Assembly (NCBI GenBank): GCA_036339735.1
Contig: JAYZAL010000087.1
Location: forward strand, 1-64,000
Reading direction: 5' to 3'
Length of the DNA: 64,000 nucleotides
DNA from: Candidatus Poribacteria bacterium
Lineage (GTDB): Bacteria > Poribacteria > WGA-4E > UBA9662
The notes under the pieces are model-generated. The model did no database searches. It worked only from the letters and a program-made list of their open reading frames with translations, and was not told the DNA's origin. Shown one piece after another: positions 1 through 10,680 of this stretch (its first letter is position 1; each line of letters starts with the position of its first letter). A program made the position numbers and the translations under genes.

Positions 1-1
1 T

Positions 2-100
2 AATCTTACAGTAACAGGCGAAGGTGTTAGTGGTGGAACAACGGCTGTAAATCCTCGCCAGAAATTAACTACTACCTGGAGCCAGTTAAAACGAAATTAG
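2..100 (+). CDS. 3' end of a secreted protein with a Poribacteria-type C-terminal motif (partial, probable paralogue of the next gene)
   Basis: Frame 2 reads NLTVTGEGVSGGTTAVNPRQKLTTTWSQLKRN* (TAG 98-100), parallel to the end of 212..883 (DVKITGKGVKTLPVNPKSKLASVWGQFKRE). Not in the ORF track because it starts upstream of the window. Confidence 0.8.
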   Translation, partial: NLTVTGEGVSGGTTAVNPRQKLTTTWSQLKRN

Positions 101-211
101 TTGTTCCACAATGATTGATTGTTTTTGAGATCGATCGGATAGACCATATGGTTACTTTAGAGTAGTCATATCGGTATAGGTGCAAAATAAAATTTAGTAA
201 AAGGAGAATCG

Positions 212-883
212 ATGAAATCAGCAATAACAGGTATTTGTCTTTTTCTAATGATAGGGTTCGTGTCCCCAACGATAGCGGGTTTTCAGATTTGGGATTTTGA
301 AGACGCTGAACGGAATAAAGAGTGGAAAGTTGCTAATGGTAAATGGAAATTCAACAATGGTGTTTATCAAGAAACCTCTGGTAATGAAAAGGCTATGCAC
401 ACCATCGTTGGTGAAGTTGGTTGGGAAGATTATACGGTTGAAGCTAAAGTTCGGATGGACGAAGGAAAATGGGCGGGTTTAATTTTCCGAGCACAAGACG
501 AGTTTGAATACTATGTTTTTTATCTGAATCAACCCGACCAAAAAACCGAACTTTGGGTCCATAAAAAAGGTGCTTTTGATAATCGTGCAGTAGGGAACCC
601 ACAGAATTTCCCAGCCAAAGGCAAAATCAAAATCAAGAACGGGGACTGGAATCACATGAAGATTGAAGTTAAAGGTGAAAAGTTTACCCTGTTCATCGAC
701 GACATAGAGCAAGGCGAAGGTACTTCCAACGTCAAATATGATAAAGGTATGATTGGATTGTGGTGCTGGGAGACCAAAACGAGTTTTGATGATGTCAAAA
801 TTACTGGAAAAGGAGTGAAAACCTTACCCGTTAACCCCAAATCCAAGCTGGCGTCTGTTTGGGGCCAATTTAAAAGGGAATGA
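212..883 (+). CDS. Secreted DUF1080 / LamG-like jelly-roll protein with C-terminal PVNPKSKLASVWGQFK motif
   Basis: AGGAG RBS; signal peptide; motifs WEDYTVEAKVR, GLIFRAQD, WNHMKIEVKG, GMIGL, FDDVKIT typical of DUF1080 (3-keto-disaccharide hydrolase-like). Confidence 0.8.
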   Translation: MKSAITGICLFLMIGFVSPTIAGFQIWDFEDAERNKEWKVANGKWKFNNGVYQETSGNEKAMHTIVGEVGWEDYTVEAKVRMDEGKWAGLIFRAQDEFEYYVFYLNQPDQKTELWVHKKGAFDNRAVGNPQNFPAKGKIKIKNGDWNHMKIEVKGEKFTLFIDDIEQGEGTSNVKYDKGMIGLWCWETKTSFDDVKITGKGVKTLPVNPKSKLASVWGQFKRE

Positions 884-911
884 ACGGAATTTGACCACTA
901 ACTATCGTTGT

Positions 912-959
912 CAAGCCCACAATTAGCGAGATGAATCGTTGGTTGTGGGCTTGTTGTTT
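912..959 (+). terminator. Stem-loop, likely intrinsic terminator
   Basis: CAAGCCCACAA (912-922) / TTGTGGGCTTG (943-953) inverted repeat followed by TTGTTT, about 30 nt after the stop. Confidence 0.6.
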
Positions 960-1775
960 ACTTCCAGATAACCCTAGCCCTATCGGGAACCAGAATAATT
1001 TCCTTCATCAATTCTAAACCTTCTCTTACTTATCTAATTTGGGACCTGCACAAAAATTGGAAGCTCTCGCAAAAAATAATCCCTAGGTAATATTCACTAT
1101 TCGGTATATTTATTTTTATTCTTGTTGATCCTATCCTCGGACATAAAAGGTTTTTTGTGGTACGATTTTTCCACTACTAAAAGTCTATCGAGTCTACCTA
1201 TAAGATCAAATCTCATAAATAATTAGATTACGCCCCTAAAGTAAGTCTTGAGTTAACTTTCGATCTCGAAAACACGCCGAATCTATTAACATTGACCAGA
1301 CAGAGAAGAGATTTGTTATTTGTGCTTATTCTTTAGTAAATACCTCAGAGATTAACCATGCAAATTAAAGGTCGCTTACAATTGGCCTTACTGTAGTATA
1401 CTGCACGTTTTTCCTGGTTCAGCCAACAAGTATCTTTCTCGTTTATACTGTCGGACTGACACTTACCGTTCTTTTTATTCTCGATCATTTGATTAGAAGT
1501 TGTCTGCTAAAGGTAGCATTAACACAAATCTAACTACTGATGCCTTATACGATACTCCACATATCTGTTTCGATTCGTATCACAGACTTAGCTTGTTCGA
1601 CATAAATTAGTAGTGTGATTATCAATAAGACAGTCAGAAAGACAATAATAAATTTAAGTGGTTTCGTAAAATCTCCTGATTTAATTACAGGTTCTAGGTC
1701 TCACTGCTAGTCAAATGGAAATTTTGATTAAAATGTTGTCAACAAACTTTCGCAAATCCATCCAAGCGTATTAAA

Positions 1776-3536
1776 TCACTGGCTTTTAGCTAACTTTTCT
1801 GTAATTTTTTCTATTCCTATTTGATAACTTTGATTCTCAGGTTCTATAGCTAAGGCGGCCTGAAGAGCTTCTTGAGCCAGATTATAACTTTCAAGTTGGT
1901 AATATAGAAGTGCTAACGTGTTATGGTATTCGGCTTTCTCAGGTTCTATTTTGATAGCTTGTTTTACGAGGTAAATAGCTCTTTCTGGCTGTTCTTTTTT
2001 CTGCCCATATAACCTGGCTAGAGCGTGGAGGCCTTTTGCTAAACTATCATCCATTTCAATTGCTTGAATGTAAGCTTTTTCGGCAGCAATTTTGTTAGAC
2101 GAATGATTATATGCCTCAGCTAACAAGAAGTAGGTTTCTGCCAAAGACCTATTTTCTGAACTAGATCTTAGCTTAATCGACTCAAGATAGGAGTCGATGG
2201 CGGATTTCATTTTGTCCTGGTAAGCCAGTGATAGACCGAGGTTATGGTAATTATCAGCCGAAGATGGATCAATATCTAAAGCTTTTTTAAAGGCTACTTC
2301 AGCTTGTGCGTATGATTGCTGACTAATGTAGATTAATCCAATTTGTCGTTGAACATCAGCCACCCCTGGTTTAAGTTTTATCGACTGTTGGTATGCTGAA
2401 AGAGCTAAGTCAATTTTATTTTGTTTGAGGTAAATCAGCCCTAGCGAAGAAAGAGCTTCAGTTAAGTCAGGTTGTAAATTCAAAGCCTTTTTTTGATTAA
2501 AGATAGCTAATTCATAGCGATTGAGCATCGCATATGCTAAACCGATTCCGCTATATGCAATCGGTAGTTGAGGATCAAGACCAATCGACTTTTGGTAGTA
2601 TTGAATGGCGGTTTTGTATTGATTATTCTTTAAATAGGCCCGACCAATATTGGCCGAAATTTGGGCTTTCTGTTTTTGGTCGTTACTTCGTTGAAATGCG
2701 CCTTTTAAGCGAGCTATCTGGTCAGATTGTTTTTTCTTGTTTTGAAAACTGCGTAGATGTATTTCAGCCTTGTCTGGGGCGCCTTGCCGGAAGTAGGCTT
2801 GAGCCAAATTGTATTCGGCTTCGACTAGTCCACTATCCAGTTCGATAGCTTGTTTATATGCGGTGATTGCCGAAGGCCAATTCTGGGTTTTTGCATAGGC
2901 TAACCCCAGTTGAAGATGTGCAGACGCAAGCCTTGGTTCAAGTAGTATTGCACGCTGTTGATGTTCGATTACAAGTTGAGGCCTATTACCCTGTTTTGAA
3001 ATTATATTGCCTAATTGATGATGAATCATAGCATCGTCAGGAAAAAGGTTGAGCGCTTGCTCATAAGCTGTCTTTGATTTTTCGTATTGATAAAGCGACG
3101 CATAGGCACTGCCTAGTGCAGCGTAAATATGTGCTTTACTTTTGATGTCACTTTTAGTATTTGATTGCCTTGTATTTAATTCTCGATGAAGAGATTCAAT
3201 TGCTAGATCGAATTTGGATTGGCCTGAATAGGCTAAACCCAAGCCATAATCCACATTCGGATGGTACGGGTCAATTGACCGCACCTTTTGGTATTGATCG
3301 ATAGCAAGATTGAAAGCTTCTATTTGTAGGTATATCTTGGCCAGAGCCAATCTAGGCGAAATTAGACTCGGGTCATTATCTATTTGGGTTTGGTGAAGTT
3401 GAATTCGATCCGGGAAACTAAGCTCTAAATCCGGTTCTAGTTGACTGTGTAATCCAACTTGTAACCATAATAAATACCAAACGAACCAACAAAAAAAAAG
3501 CTTTCTTCCGAAGCACGATAATTTCTCGTACATCAC
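1776..3536 (-). CDS. Tetratricopeptide-repeat protein, N-terminal signal/anchor
   Basis: More than 10 TPR units (e.g. AHLQLGLAYAKTQNWPSAITAYKQAIELDS); hydrophobic N-terminus. Confidence 0.9.
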   Translation of the reverse strand: MMYEKLSCFGRKLFFCWFVWYLLWLQVGLHSQLEPDLELSFPDRIQLHQTQIDNDPSLISPRLALAKIYLQIEAFNLAIDQYQKVRSIDPYHPNVDYGLGLAYSGQSKFDLAIESLHRELNTRQSNTKSDIKSKAHIYAALGSAYASLYQYEKSKTAYEQALNLFPDDAMIHHQLGNIISKQGNRPQLVIEHQQRAILLEPRLASAHLQLGLAYAKTQNWPSAITAYKQAIELDSGLVEAEYNLAQAYFRQGAPDKAEIHLRSFQNKKKQSDQIARLKGAFQRSNDQKQKAQISANIGRAYLKNNQYKTAIQYYQKSIGLDPQLPIAYSGIGLAYAMLNRYELAIFNQKKALNLQPDLTEALSSLGLIYLKQNKIDLALSAYQQSIKLKPGVADVQRQIGLIYISQQSYAQAEVAFKKALDIDPSSADNYHNLGLSLAYQDKMKSAIDSYLESIKLRSSSENRSLAETYFLLAEAYNHSSNKIAAEKAYIQAIEMDDSLAKGLHALARLYGQKKEQPERAIYLVKQAIKIEPEKAEYHNTLALLYYQLESYNLAQEALQAALAIEPENQSYQIGIEKITEKLAKSQ

Positions 3537-3555
3537 CTGATTCCTAAACCGCCTA

Positions 3556-3855
3556 TCAAGGTTTTATTTTTCCGCGATAACTATAAACAGATCGACCAGT
3601 GTTCCCAGCAGTTGTCTGGGACGTCGTACCATATTTCCTTTGGTCTAGTACCACCAACGGCCAAAAATTCCAATCCGAGGGAATTTTGAATCCTGACTGA
3701 ACCATCATGGGATAAAAACCACGCCAAATTGATAGTAATATTGTTCTCACTAATGCTGACAAACAGTTCAACTCCGGTTGCAGACTGATCGGTTGGCCTG
3801 ATTACCTAAGTATCATACCGAAACGTGTCAGTTAAGATCACGATGATATTTTCAT
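3556..3855 (-). pseudogene. Frameshifted remnant of a sulfatase-family gene 5' end
   Basis: ATG at 3855 directly follows the CRTAC1 stop. With frameshifts it reads M..IIVILTDTFRYD / LGNQANRSV / PELN, resembling the sulfatase N-terminal 'NIILIxxDxxRxDxLG...TPxLD' motif. No intact frame. Confidence 0.5.
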
Positions 3856-5490
3856 CTATTCTTCCTCTACTACAGTTAAAAATTGATTGGCTTTGACCTG
3901 TTCCATAATTTGTTGATTGCCACTAGCCCATTCAATTTCGAGACGGTCAACTATTTTTGCTTTCCCCAAACCGAAATGCAAACGCAAGTCATTTTGACTA
4001 GCATAACCCGATCCACTTTTGACCTCACGGCTTTGCTTCGACCAACTGATTGATGAGTCATTCAAAAAGATTGTAAGATTAGAGCCAATAGCGCTCCGGT
4101 TGCACTGAGATCCGATTAATTTAACGGTCAGCCAATTATATCCATTTTGGTTGCTAGCAGAATTTCGAAATATAGTTGGTTGGTCATTTAGATTGACTAC
4201 AACTACGTCTACGTCGCCATCATTATCTAGATCCCCGAAGGCGCTTCCACGACTAACTTTATGATCATCGACTAAAAGTCGTTCAATGAAAAAATCTCCT
4301 TTCTGATTCCAAAAAATTTGATTAGGTTGTTGATAAGTACCAACTGGATCAATCTCTTCGATATTGTCGTCCAAATGGCCATTGGCAATGAATATATCTA
4401 ACCAACCATCATTATTCAAATCAGCAAAGTCCACCCCCCATGATAGATAAGGTAAACTACGTTGTCCAATACCCGATTGGAAACTAGTTTCTGTAAATAG
4501 AAAGCTTCCATCGTTTCGGAATAAGTGATTGGTTTGATCTTGAAAATTAGTGACTATAATGTCGAGATCCCCGTCGTTATCGTAATCTCCAGTATTACAA
4601 CCCATTCCACTCAATGCTTGGCCAGATTCACTGAGACCAACTCCTGTCATTAGGCCGATTTCTCGAAAAAATTGGCCGCCGGAATTTTGGAGTAAAAAGT
4701 CGGGCGTCGTATCATTAGCCACAAAAATATCTGGCCAATTATCGTGGTTAAAGTCCCCACAAACTACACCTAACCCCTTGCCTTTTTTTGAGCTAACATT
4801 AGTTAATTCACTGACATCAGAAAAGGTGCCATCAGTGTTATTACGGTACAATTTATCAGCCTCGGCGTCGAAGATCTCGGGAGTGCAATAGGTCTGTTGG
4901 TTTAAGTGCTTACAGGAAGGATTATTGCTTACATCAAATTGGACATAGTTGGCAACGTACAAATCCAGCCAACCATCTTGGTCGTAATCTATAAATGAAC
5001 ACCCACTACTAAAACCTTTAACATCCACACCAACTGTCTGACTCACATCAGAAAAAGTGCCGTCAGCGTTGTTTTTATATAAAACATTAGAACCATAATT
5101 AGTCAAGTACAAGTCGGTCCAGCCATCATTGTTGTAATCACCCGTACAACAACCAATACCGTAACCAGTATGCCCAGTTTGAGTTTCATTGGTCACATCA
5201 GTAAATATGCCTCCATCGTTTCGGTAAAATCGGTTGGATACTTCTTTTGTTTGGTGACGTAGATCACAACCATTGACAAAATATAAATCTAAGTCTCCAT
5301 CATTATCGTAGTCAATCATAGCCAAGCCACAACCAATAGGTTCAATAAAATATTTTAAGCCAAATTGCCCGTCGGTGTGTTGAAAATTCAGGCCATATTT
5401 TGTTGGGTTTTCGATATTAAACTGACTCCTAGCACTTGAGAGAATTGGTATAACTAGAGCGACGAAAACTATTAAAAAAGTCTTATTCAC
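3856..5490 (-). CDS. CRTAC1-family protein (FG-GAP/VCBS repeats + ASPIC/UnbV domain)
   Basis: Repeated DYDNDGDLDLY / DYNNDGWTDLY motifs; C-terminal GSGYASQNDLRLHFGLG...LEIEWASG; signal peptide. Confidence 0.92.
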   Translation of the reverse strand: MNKTFLIVFVALVIPILSSARSQFNIENPTKYGLNFQHTDGQFGLKYFIEPIGCGLAMIDYDNDGDLDLYFVNGCDLRHQTKEVSNRFYRNDGGIFTDVTNETQTGHTGYGIGCCTGDYNNDGWTDLYLTNYGSNVLYKNNADGTFSDVSQTVGVDVKGFSSGCSFIDYDQDGWLDLYVANYVQFDVSNNPSCKHLNQQTYCTPEIFDAEADKLYRNNTDGTFSDVSELTNVSSKKGKGLGVVCGDFNHDNWPDIFVANDTTPDFLLQNSGGQFFREIGLMTGVGLSESGQALSGMGCNTGDYDNDGDLDIIVTNFQDQTNHLFRNDGSFLFTETSFQSGIGQRSLPYLSWGVDFADLNNDGWLDIFIANGHLDDNIEEIDPVGTYQQPNQIFWNQKGDFFIERLLVDDHKVSRGSAFGDLDNDGDVDVVVVNLNDQPTIFRNSASNQNGYNWLTVKLIGSQCNRSAIGSNLTIFLNDSSISWSKQSREVKSGSGYASQNDLRLHFGLGKAKIVDRLEIEWASGNQQIMEQVKANQFLTVVEEE

Positions 5491-5608
5491 TTGGGAAAAA
5501 ATCGGATTTGGATATTTAAACAGTTGATCAAATATTAGAATGAGGAGATTGTTCCCCTATAATAAACAAAACGGATACGATTACTGTCAGTAGAAGGTAT
5601 TTCATTTG

Positions 5609-6889
5609 TCAGATGGATTGGCGTTCATCCTTTATTCGTTCAGTCGTTCTAATTATGTTGTCTTCTATGATAACACTCCCTGCTTGTCTTCCAATGCGAA
5701 TACCAGTTCGTTGCCGTCCATCCCCGCTGTCCTCAATGGTATTTCGGCGAATTACTGTTCCTTTAGTAAATCCATCAACAAACAAGCCCCAGCTCTGGTT
5801 ATCACGAATGATGTTTTCTTCGAAGGTCGTACGATGTCCTGCCATGGGCTCACTTTCTGAGCGCCAGTAGACGCCGCCCATTTGGTTTCTGATAATGGTG
5901 TTCCTCCGAACAAAATTGTCGGTATCCTTGTGCCCAATTGACATCCCGTAACCACCATTTCTTTCGAGCCAATTCTCTTCTGCCACACCGTTACGAACTC
6001 GCCAACAGAAGAAAAAACCATCTTCATCATTACTTATAGCGTGACAATTGGTCACAGAAGGCCTCTGAGACCCACTGCCTGGATGTAATCCGAAGCCCGC
6101 ACATTGTTTGACAATACATCGACTGACTCTGACATCATTGGATTGTTGGAAACTAATGCCATCCCCTTGATAGTTAGTCACTGTGCAGTCAGTAATCGTA
6201 CAATGGTCACCTTGATAAAGATAGATGCCAGCAGTACGACAACCATCCACTTTAGTTGGGTTATTTTGACGGTTACCGTCAATAGATAAGTGTTCTACTT
6301 GGGCGTCCTGAATCTTGTAACCACTGATGACCGGGAACACTGTAGCTGCGAATCCACCTTCGGCTACCATGATGTCAGCATTCATAGAACGACTAAGTGT
6401 AAAATAGTTATCCTTGGCATTCAGAACCGTAGCACAGACCCCATGGAAATTCCGTTGTTTTTTGGAAGCAACATAAACTCCTCGTCCTCTGGCAAACCCT
6501 TCAGGATTTTTAAGCGAAATGGCTGCTTCACCAAAATCTCCGTCTGCTGCTAGTTCAGACCTATACTCGAGGTCTTTTTTCAGGATTGTTTTACCCGGTG
6601 TACCTCGAATTTTCACACGATTACGTAGGTGTAGTGAATCCCTCATTAGGAATTCACCTGGACCGACTTTTACTAAGCCACCCCCTAAGCTACCAACATA
6701 GTCCACCGCAGCCTGTAGCGCACGATTGTCGCTCCCAATAATGTCTGCATTCTCAAGCCCGATCGATATCTCAATCGCAGGTCGTGCATGAAGATCGTTT
6801 TCCGCATATTGTCGTTCTGCTTGGCCTACTGAAGTATACTGACTATATATAAGACCGAGGCTAGCTACAAGCATCGCAGTATATCCCAT
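5609..6889 (-). CDS. Right-handed parallel beta-helix (pectin-lyase-like/NosD) protein
   Basis: ALQAAVD...GGGLVKVGPGEF pectate_lyase_3-like start; PbH1 repeats (DGISFQQSNDVRVSRC, GFGLHPGSGS). Confidence 0.8.
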   Translation of the reverse strand: MGYTAMLVASLGLIYSQYTSVGQAERQYAENDLHARPAIEISIGLENADIIGSDNRALQAAVDYVGSLGGGLVKVGPGEFLMRDSLHLRNRVKIRGTPGKTILKKDLEYRSELAADGDFGEAAISLKNPEGFARGRGVYVASKKQRNFHGVCATVLNAKDNYFTLSRSMNADIMVAEGGFAATVFPVISGYKIQDAQVEHLSIDGNRQNNPTKVDGCRTAGIYLYQGDHCTITDCTVTNYQGDGISFQQSNDVRVSRCIVKQCAGFGLHPGSGSQRPSVTNCHAISNDEDGFFFCWRVRNGVAEENWLERNGGYGMSIGHKDTDNFVRRNTIIRNQMGGVYWRSESEPMAGHRTTFEENIIRDNQSWGLFVDGFTKGTVIRRNTIEDSGDGRQRTGIRIGRQAGSVIIEDNIIRTTERIKDERQSI

Positions 6890-7405
6890 ACATGGCTTAT
6901 TTTTGTCAACTTTTTTCCTTTCTCGTGAGATTAAAAGTTAGCAGCTTACTTTTCTAAATATTGAATTCATAAAAGCTAAAATTAGTTTCAAGACGTTCGT
7001 ATATTTGATCAACCAATCACCAAAATAATTTAGACTTATTATCCCATTACTACTTTTGCAACATTATGCCTTACTTCTGCTTATGCGAATAACAAATTAG
7101 CAGAGAAAAACTTTTACTGGATATAAAAAGACTGGTAATCTTTTTTTTCAGCATATACTGAAAAAAGACAAAAAAGAAAAATAACTTATCTTTTAAACTA
7201 TTTAAACTACCTTTTTCTTGGGCTAACTCTGTTTTAGAGTCCTACAATTATAAACAATAAAAATTAAGGTAATACTTAGACAAATCTCAACCTCAAAAAG
7301 AAAAACTCTGCCCCGAAAGCTACAACAGGTAAAGTAAGTTTCAAAAATTATGGCAGACAAAAGTTGCCATTCGAATACAATTTTGGTATTTGTGTGTATT
7401 AGCTC

Positions 7406-8122
7406 TTATTGATAATTGATAAAAACAGTAGTTCCCATCTCAACATACAGGTCTTTATCTTCTGGCGGAACACCCCGCATACAAACTGCAACACCGGTAT
7501 CATTCAACTGTTCAGCTACATGTTGAACACAATCTTCGACCGTTTTTAGAAAATGGTTAGGATAACACTCTAAGCTAAAACTTAAGTCAGCAGGGCCGAA
7601 CGAAACGCAATCAACACCTGACTTAGCTAATTTCCGGGCGTTGGTTACCGAATTAATGGACTCAACTTGTATCCATAAAATCCCATTTTCTTTCCACCAC
7701 TGGCTATAATCTAAACGACCCCGATGGTGCTCAGAAACTGGCCGAGATGCCCCTCCCCAACTACGTTTCCCAAATTGTGGATAGTAAAATGCATTGATTG
7801 CAGTATCAACAGTAGTTTCAAGTTCTACTTGTGGAACCTCGATACCTGTTGGTCCTAAGTCGAGCATATTGCCAATTAGGTATGCTTGCTCGGTATGCTT
7901 GATACGAAATATTACATCTGCTTCGTACTCATCGGTTAAACGACAAAAATGAAATAGCCGTTCTTCGTTGAAAGGATCATGTTGGCTATCGGTAGCGATA
8001 AAGTCAAAACTACCTTCGTCTAAAATAGATCGTATCTTCTCTGGTTCAGTCATAATTGGAATATGACGACCGTCAAGTACTTCTCCATCTTTCATCCGCT
8101 GCTTCAAACTACTGGTCAGCAT
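7406..8122 (-). CDS. HpcH/HpaI aldolase family protein
   Basis: DSQH, LDLGPTGIEVPQVE, YPQFGKRSWG, QVES, FGPADLS motifs; AGGAG RBS. Confidence 0.85.
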   Translation of the reverse strand: MLTSSLKQRMKDGEVLDGRHIPIMTEPEKIRSILDEGSFDFIATDSQHDPFNEERLFHFCRLTDEYEADVIFRIKHTEQAYLIGNMLDLGPTGIEVPQVELETTVDTAINAFYYPQFGKRSWGGASRPVSEHHRGRLDYSQWWKENGILWIQVESINSVTNARKLAKSGVDCVSFGPADLSFSLECYPNHFLKTVEDCVQHVAEQLNDTGVAVCMRGVPPEDKDLYVEMGTTVFINYQ

Positions 8123-8789
8123 CGATTATTCACTCCTTTTTGCTTCAATAGTATTTTAATTATCAGGGCCCGACCTCAGTTTTTTCCGGTTAATAGGCTT
8201 GCTGTTTTTATTCCGTTTTAACAAAAGCTTGGTTTTCTTTTTCTTGTTCAATAACTCTACCACTCTAGTTATTACTCCTCGATTTAACATACGTTGTATT
8301 TCCTAAATAAATTTAAAGCCAAATTATATAAACAAGTACTCTTACAGAAGAACGAATACCAAATAGACTTATTTGATTATTCTTGGTTGAAAAATTATTC
8401 AGGTTCTAGAGATTTACAAGCATCAAAAAAAGCTGAGGAGGACTCAGCTAGGTTGGGATATCGCCTTATTTTTGGTAAAGCTGGTAGGTATTCTCTCACA
8501 GTTAGCCTATTCTGTAAAGGCATCAACAAACTTTTTACTTCCTATTGATTTTTATTACTCTCTGCAAGCTTTTCCTTAAAGAAGAGTGCCCAATAAGGTT
8601 TTATCTTTCGTAATAGGAGGATTAATAATGCAAATTAGTAGACATAAAATAAGTAGAATCAGAATAGGAGAAGCTAATTTCTTGACTAACAGTACAAACT
8701 TAACGATTCATTAATGGGAAAAATCGTAGATTGAGATGGTACGAATGATAAACTTGCAATCAAACCTAAAAATGAGAAGGCTGAAAATC

Positions 8790-10490
8790 ATGAAGGATAT
8801 TAACGAATTGACGTATTTATTAAAGAAGAATAGGTTAAAACTGGGCTTTGGTTTGATAGTGCTTGCTATTGCAAGCTACAACGTCAATGCTCAAGGAGGT
8901 CTGCAAACATATAGTGCAATACCAGATTATAATGGCTATTCATCGTCTATGTATTCTGTACAGGTTAGAGAGGTTGATAGCGAAGGTGCTTCATTGACAG
9001 AGTATGAAAGTAATCACACTTACTATTTAGAGAGTATTGCAAAAAATGGTGCTGATAGAATGAGTCATAGTCACTGGACGACATTTAGCTTCGGACCAAC
9101 CGGAAGTTCCAAAATGGTAGAGGTAGAAGTAAGTATGCAGTCAGGTTCAATTTCAAACTATGAGTTTAGACCAACACATGTTCACAATATCTCACAAAGT
9201 GGAGGAAAGCTTACGTTTCAAATTGAGTCTAACAAATATACAGCAATAATTATCAATGGAGATATTAGAAATCCACTGTTTATTTTTGCTGATCCAGTAG
9301 AGACAAATGTTCCGGATTCTAACGGAGAATCTGTTTACGTGGTAGAAAAAGGCTCTACAACTAAAGAAGCCCCTTTAACAATAAGAGATATAGGAGATAA
9401 AAAGATTATTTATTTCGAGAAGGGAGAACATTTTATTAATGAGACCGATGCATTTGGTTATACACCACAAAGTTATAACTCAGCATTTTTTGTGTGCTCT
9501 AATAGTGGTTCAAGATGCGAAGGAAACCAAATCGAACAAATTTATATCCCTGGAGGAGCAATTGTACATGGTAATATTAGAGCAACACGAGCTCATAACT
9601 TAATGGTTAACGGGCGAGGTATTATTGAAGGGCAAGATACTTATGGTGCAGCTGAGGAAGGAAAGGGAGGAGGAGCAGATTACTTCTCTGGTCAAATTTT
9701 GAATTCTGCAGTTACAATGGCAGCATACAGAGATAAAATGACAGATGCAAGACCAACAACAATGAATCAAGTTGTGGAAGGTGTAACCAGTATATTGGCA
9801 AGAAAGTATAACTTTCAATTAGGTATTGGTGCCATTGTAAGAAATACAAAATCATTTGCTCACCGTCAAACCACTGATGGAATTGGTGTAGAAGAGAATT
9901 CTCGAGTGTCTACTAATTTTATGAAAGTAAACGATGATGCGTTGAAACTATATCAAGATAACACTGTTTTTGAAAACTCCTACATATGGCATCAAATGAA
10001 TGGTGCAGCTATGCAACTAGGTTGGGATAAAGAAGAAGGTGATAGTATTACAGTAACAAATACTTACATACTTCATGATGATATGTATCAGGCAAAATAT
10101 TTTAATGAGGGTTTTTGGGCAAATCAATCAATTATATGTTGGTTGAAACATTTTGAGAATTTTGATCATACTAGAGAAGGGATTGTAATTGATGGTATTA
10201 ACTCTAATAACATGCCAGAGGTAGGTGTTATTAGATTGATTGCTATTGCAATGGATGGAGAAATGGGAGGTAGTGGTTTAGGAAATCTAGACATGACTCT
10301 TAAAAATATTAATGTAGGGGCAGAAGATGAAGACACACCAAGCTATGTAGGTTGTGCTGATGCTAGAACGTGCAAGGTAGAGTTTATAAACTGTAAGCGT
10401 GCAGGGGTGTACATGGATGCATCCAATGTTCCTGCCAGAGGAAATACTGCAGGCGTAACAATTACCTCTGATTTAGCAGAGAAACCGTAG
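8790..10490 (+). CDS. Secreted glycoside hydrolase, GH49 (dextranase/isopullulanase)-like beta-helix
   Basis: SHWTTFSF, IYIPGGAIVHG, GRGIIEG, TDGI and FMKVNDDALKLY...IWHQMNGAAMQLGW resemble the GH49 catalytic region. The ORF is open from 8736; ATG 8790 is the probable start. Confidence 0.65.
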   Translation: MKDINELTYLLKKNRLKLGFGLIVLAIASYNVNAQGGLQTYSAIPDYNGYSSSMYSVQVREVDSEGASLTEYESNHTYYLESIAKNGADRMSHSHWTTFSFGPTGSSKMVEVEVSMQSGSISNYEFRPTHVHNISQSGGKLTFQIESNKYTAIIINGDIRNPLFIFADPVETNVPDSNGESVYVVEKGSTTKEAPLTIRDIGDKKIIYFEKGEHFINETDAFGYTPQSYNSAFFVCSNSGSRCEGNQIEQIYIPGGAIVHGNIRATRAHNLMVNGRGIIEGQDTYGAAEEGKGGGADYFSGQILNSAVTMAAYRDKMTDARPTTMNQVVEGVTSILARKYNFQLGIGAIVRNTKSFAHRQTTDGIGVEENSRVSTNFMKVNDDALKLYQDNTVFENSYIWHQMNGAAMQLGWDKEEGDSITVTNTYILHDDMYQAKYFNEGFWANQSIICWLKHFENFDHTREGIVIDGINSNNMPEVGVIRLIAIAMDGEMGGSGLGNLDMTLKNINVGAEDEDTPSYVGCADARTCKVEFINCKRAGVYMDASNVPARGNTAGVTITSDLAEKP

Positions 10491-10680
10491 TGGCCGGTAC
10501 AAATCATACAGTGCTGGTGTCAATTTTCACGAGCACTTTTCTAAATGGTTGTATCTATCGAGGTTTACACAGAAGCCGTAGTGGAGGTAGAAGCAAAACC
10601 TTCGCCAGAATAATCCTACAAATGAGCCCTAAATTGCCAATTTTAGATAACACTGCTAGACTAAAGAATCTATACCTGAA

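Noticed and set aside
960-1775. Long intergenic region; the minus strand has a protein-like fragment (VREGLELMKEIILVPDRARVIWK*) near 960-1030
   Set aside because: Interrupted by stops and no family recognised. It may be a decayed gene, but I cannot support a call without blastx.
8294-8548. 84-aa ORF upstream of the GH49-like gene
   Set aside because: TTG start without RBS, AT-rich, no motif; probably spurious
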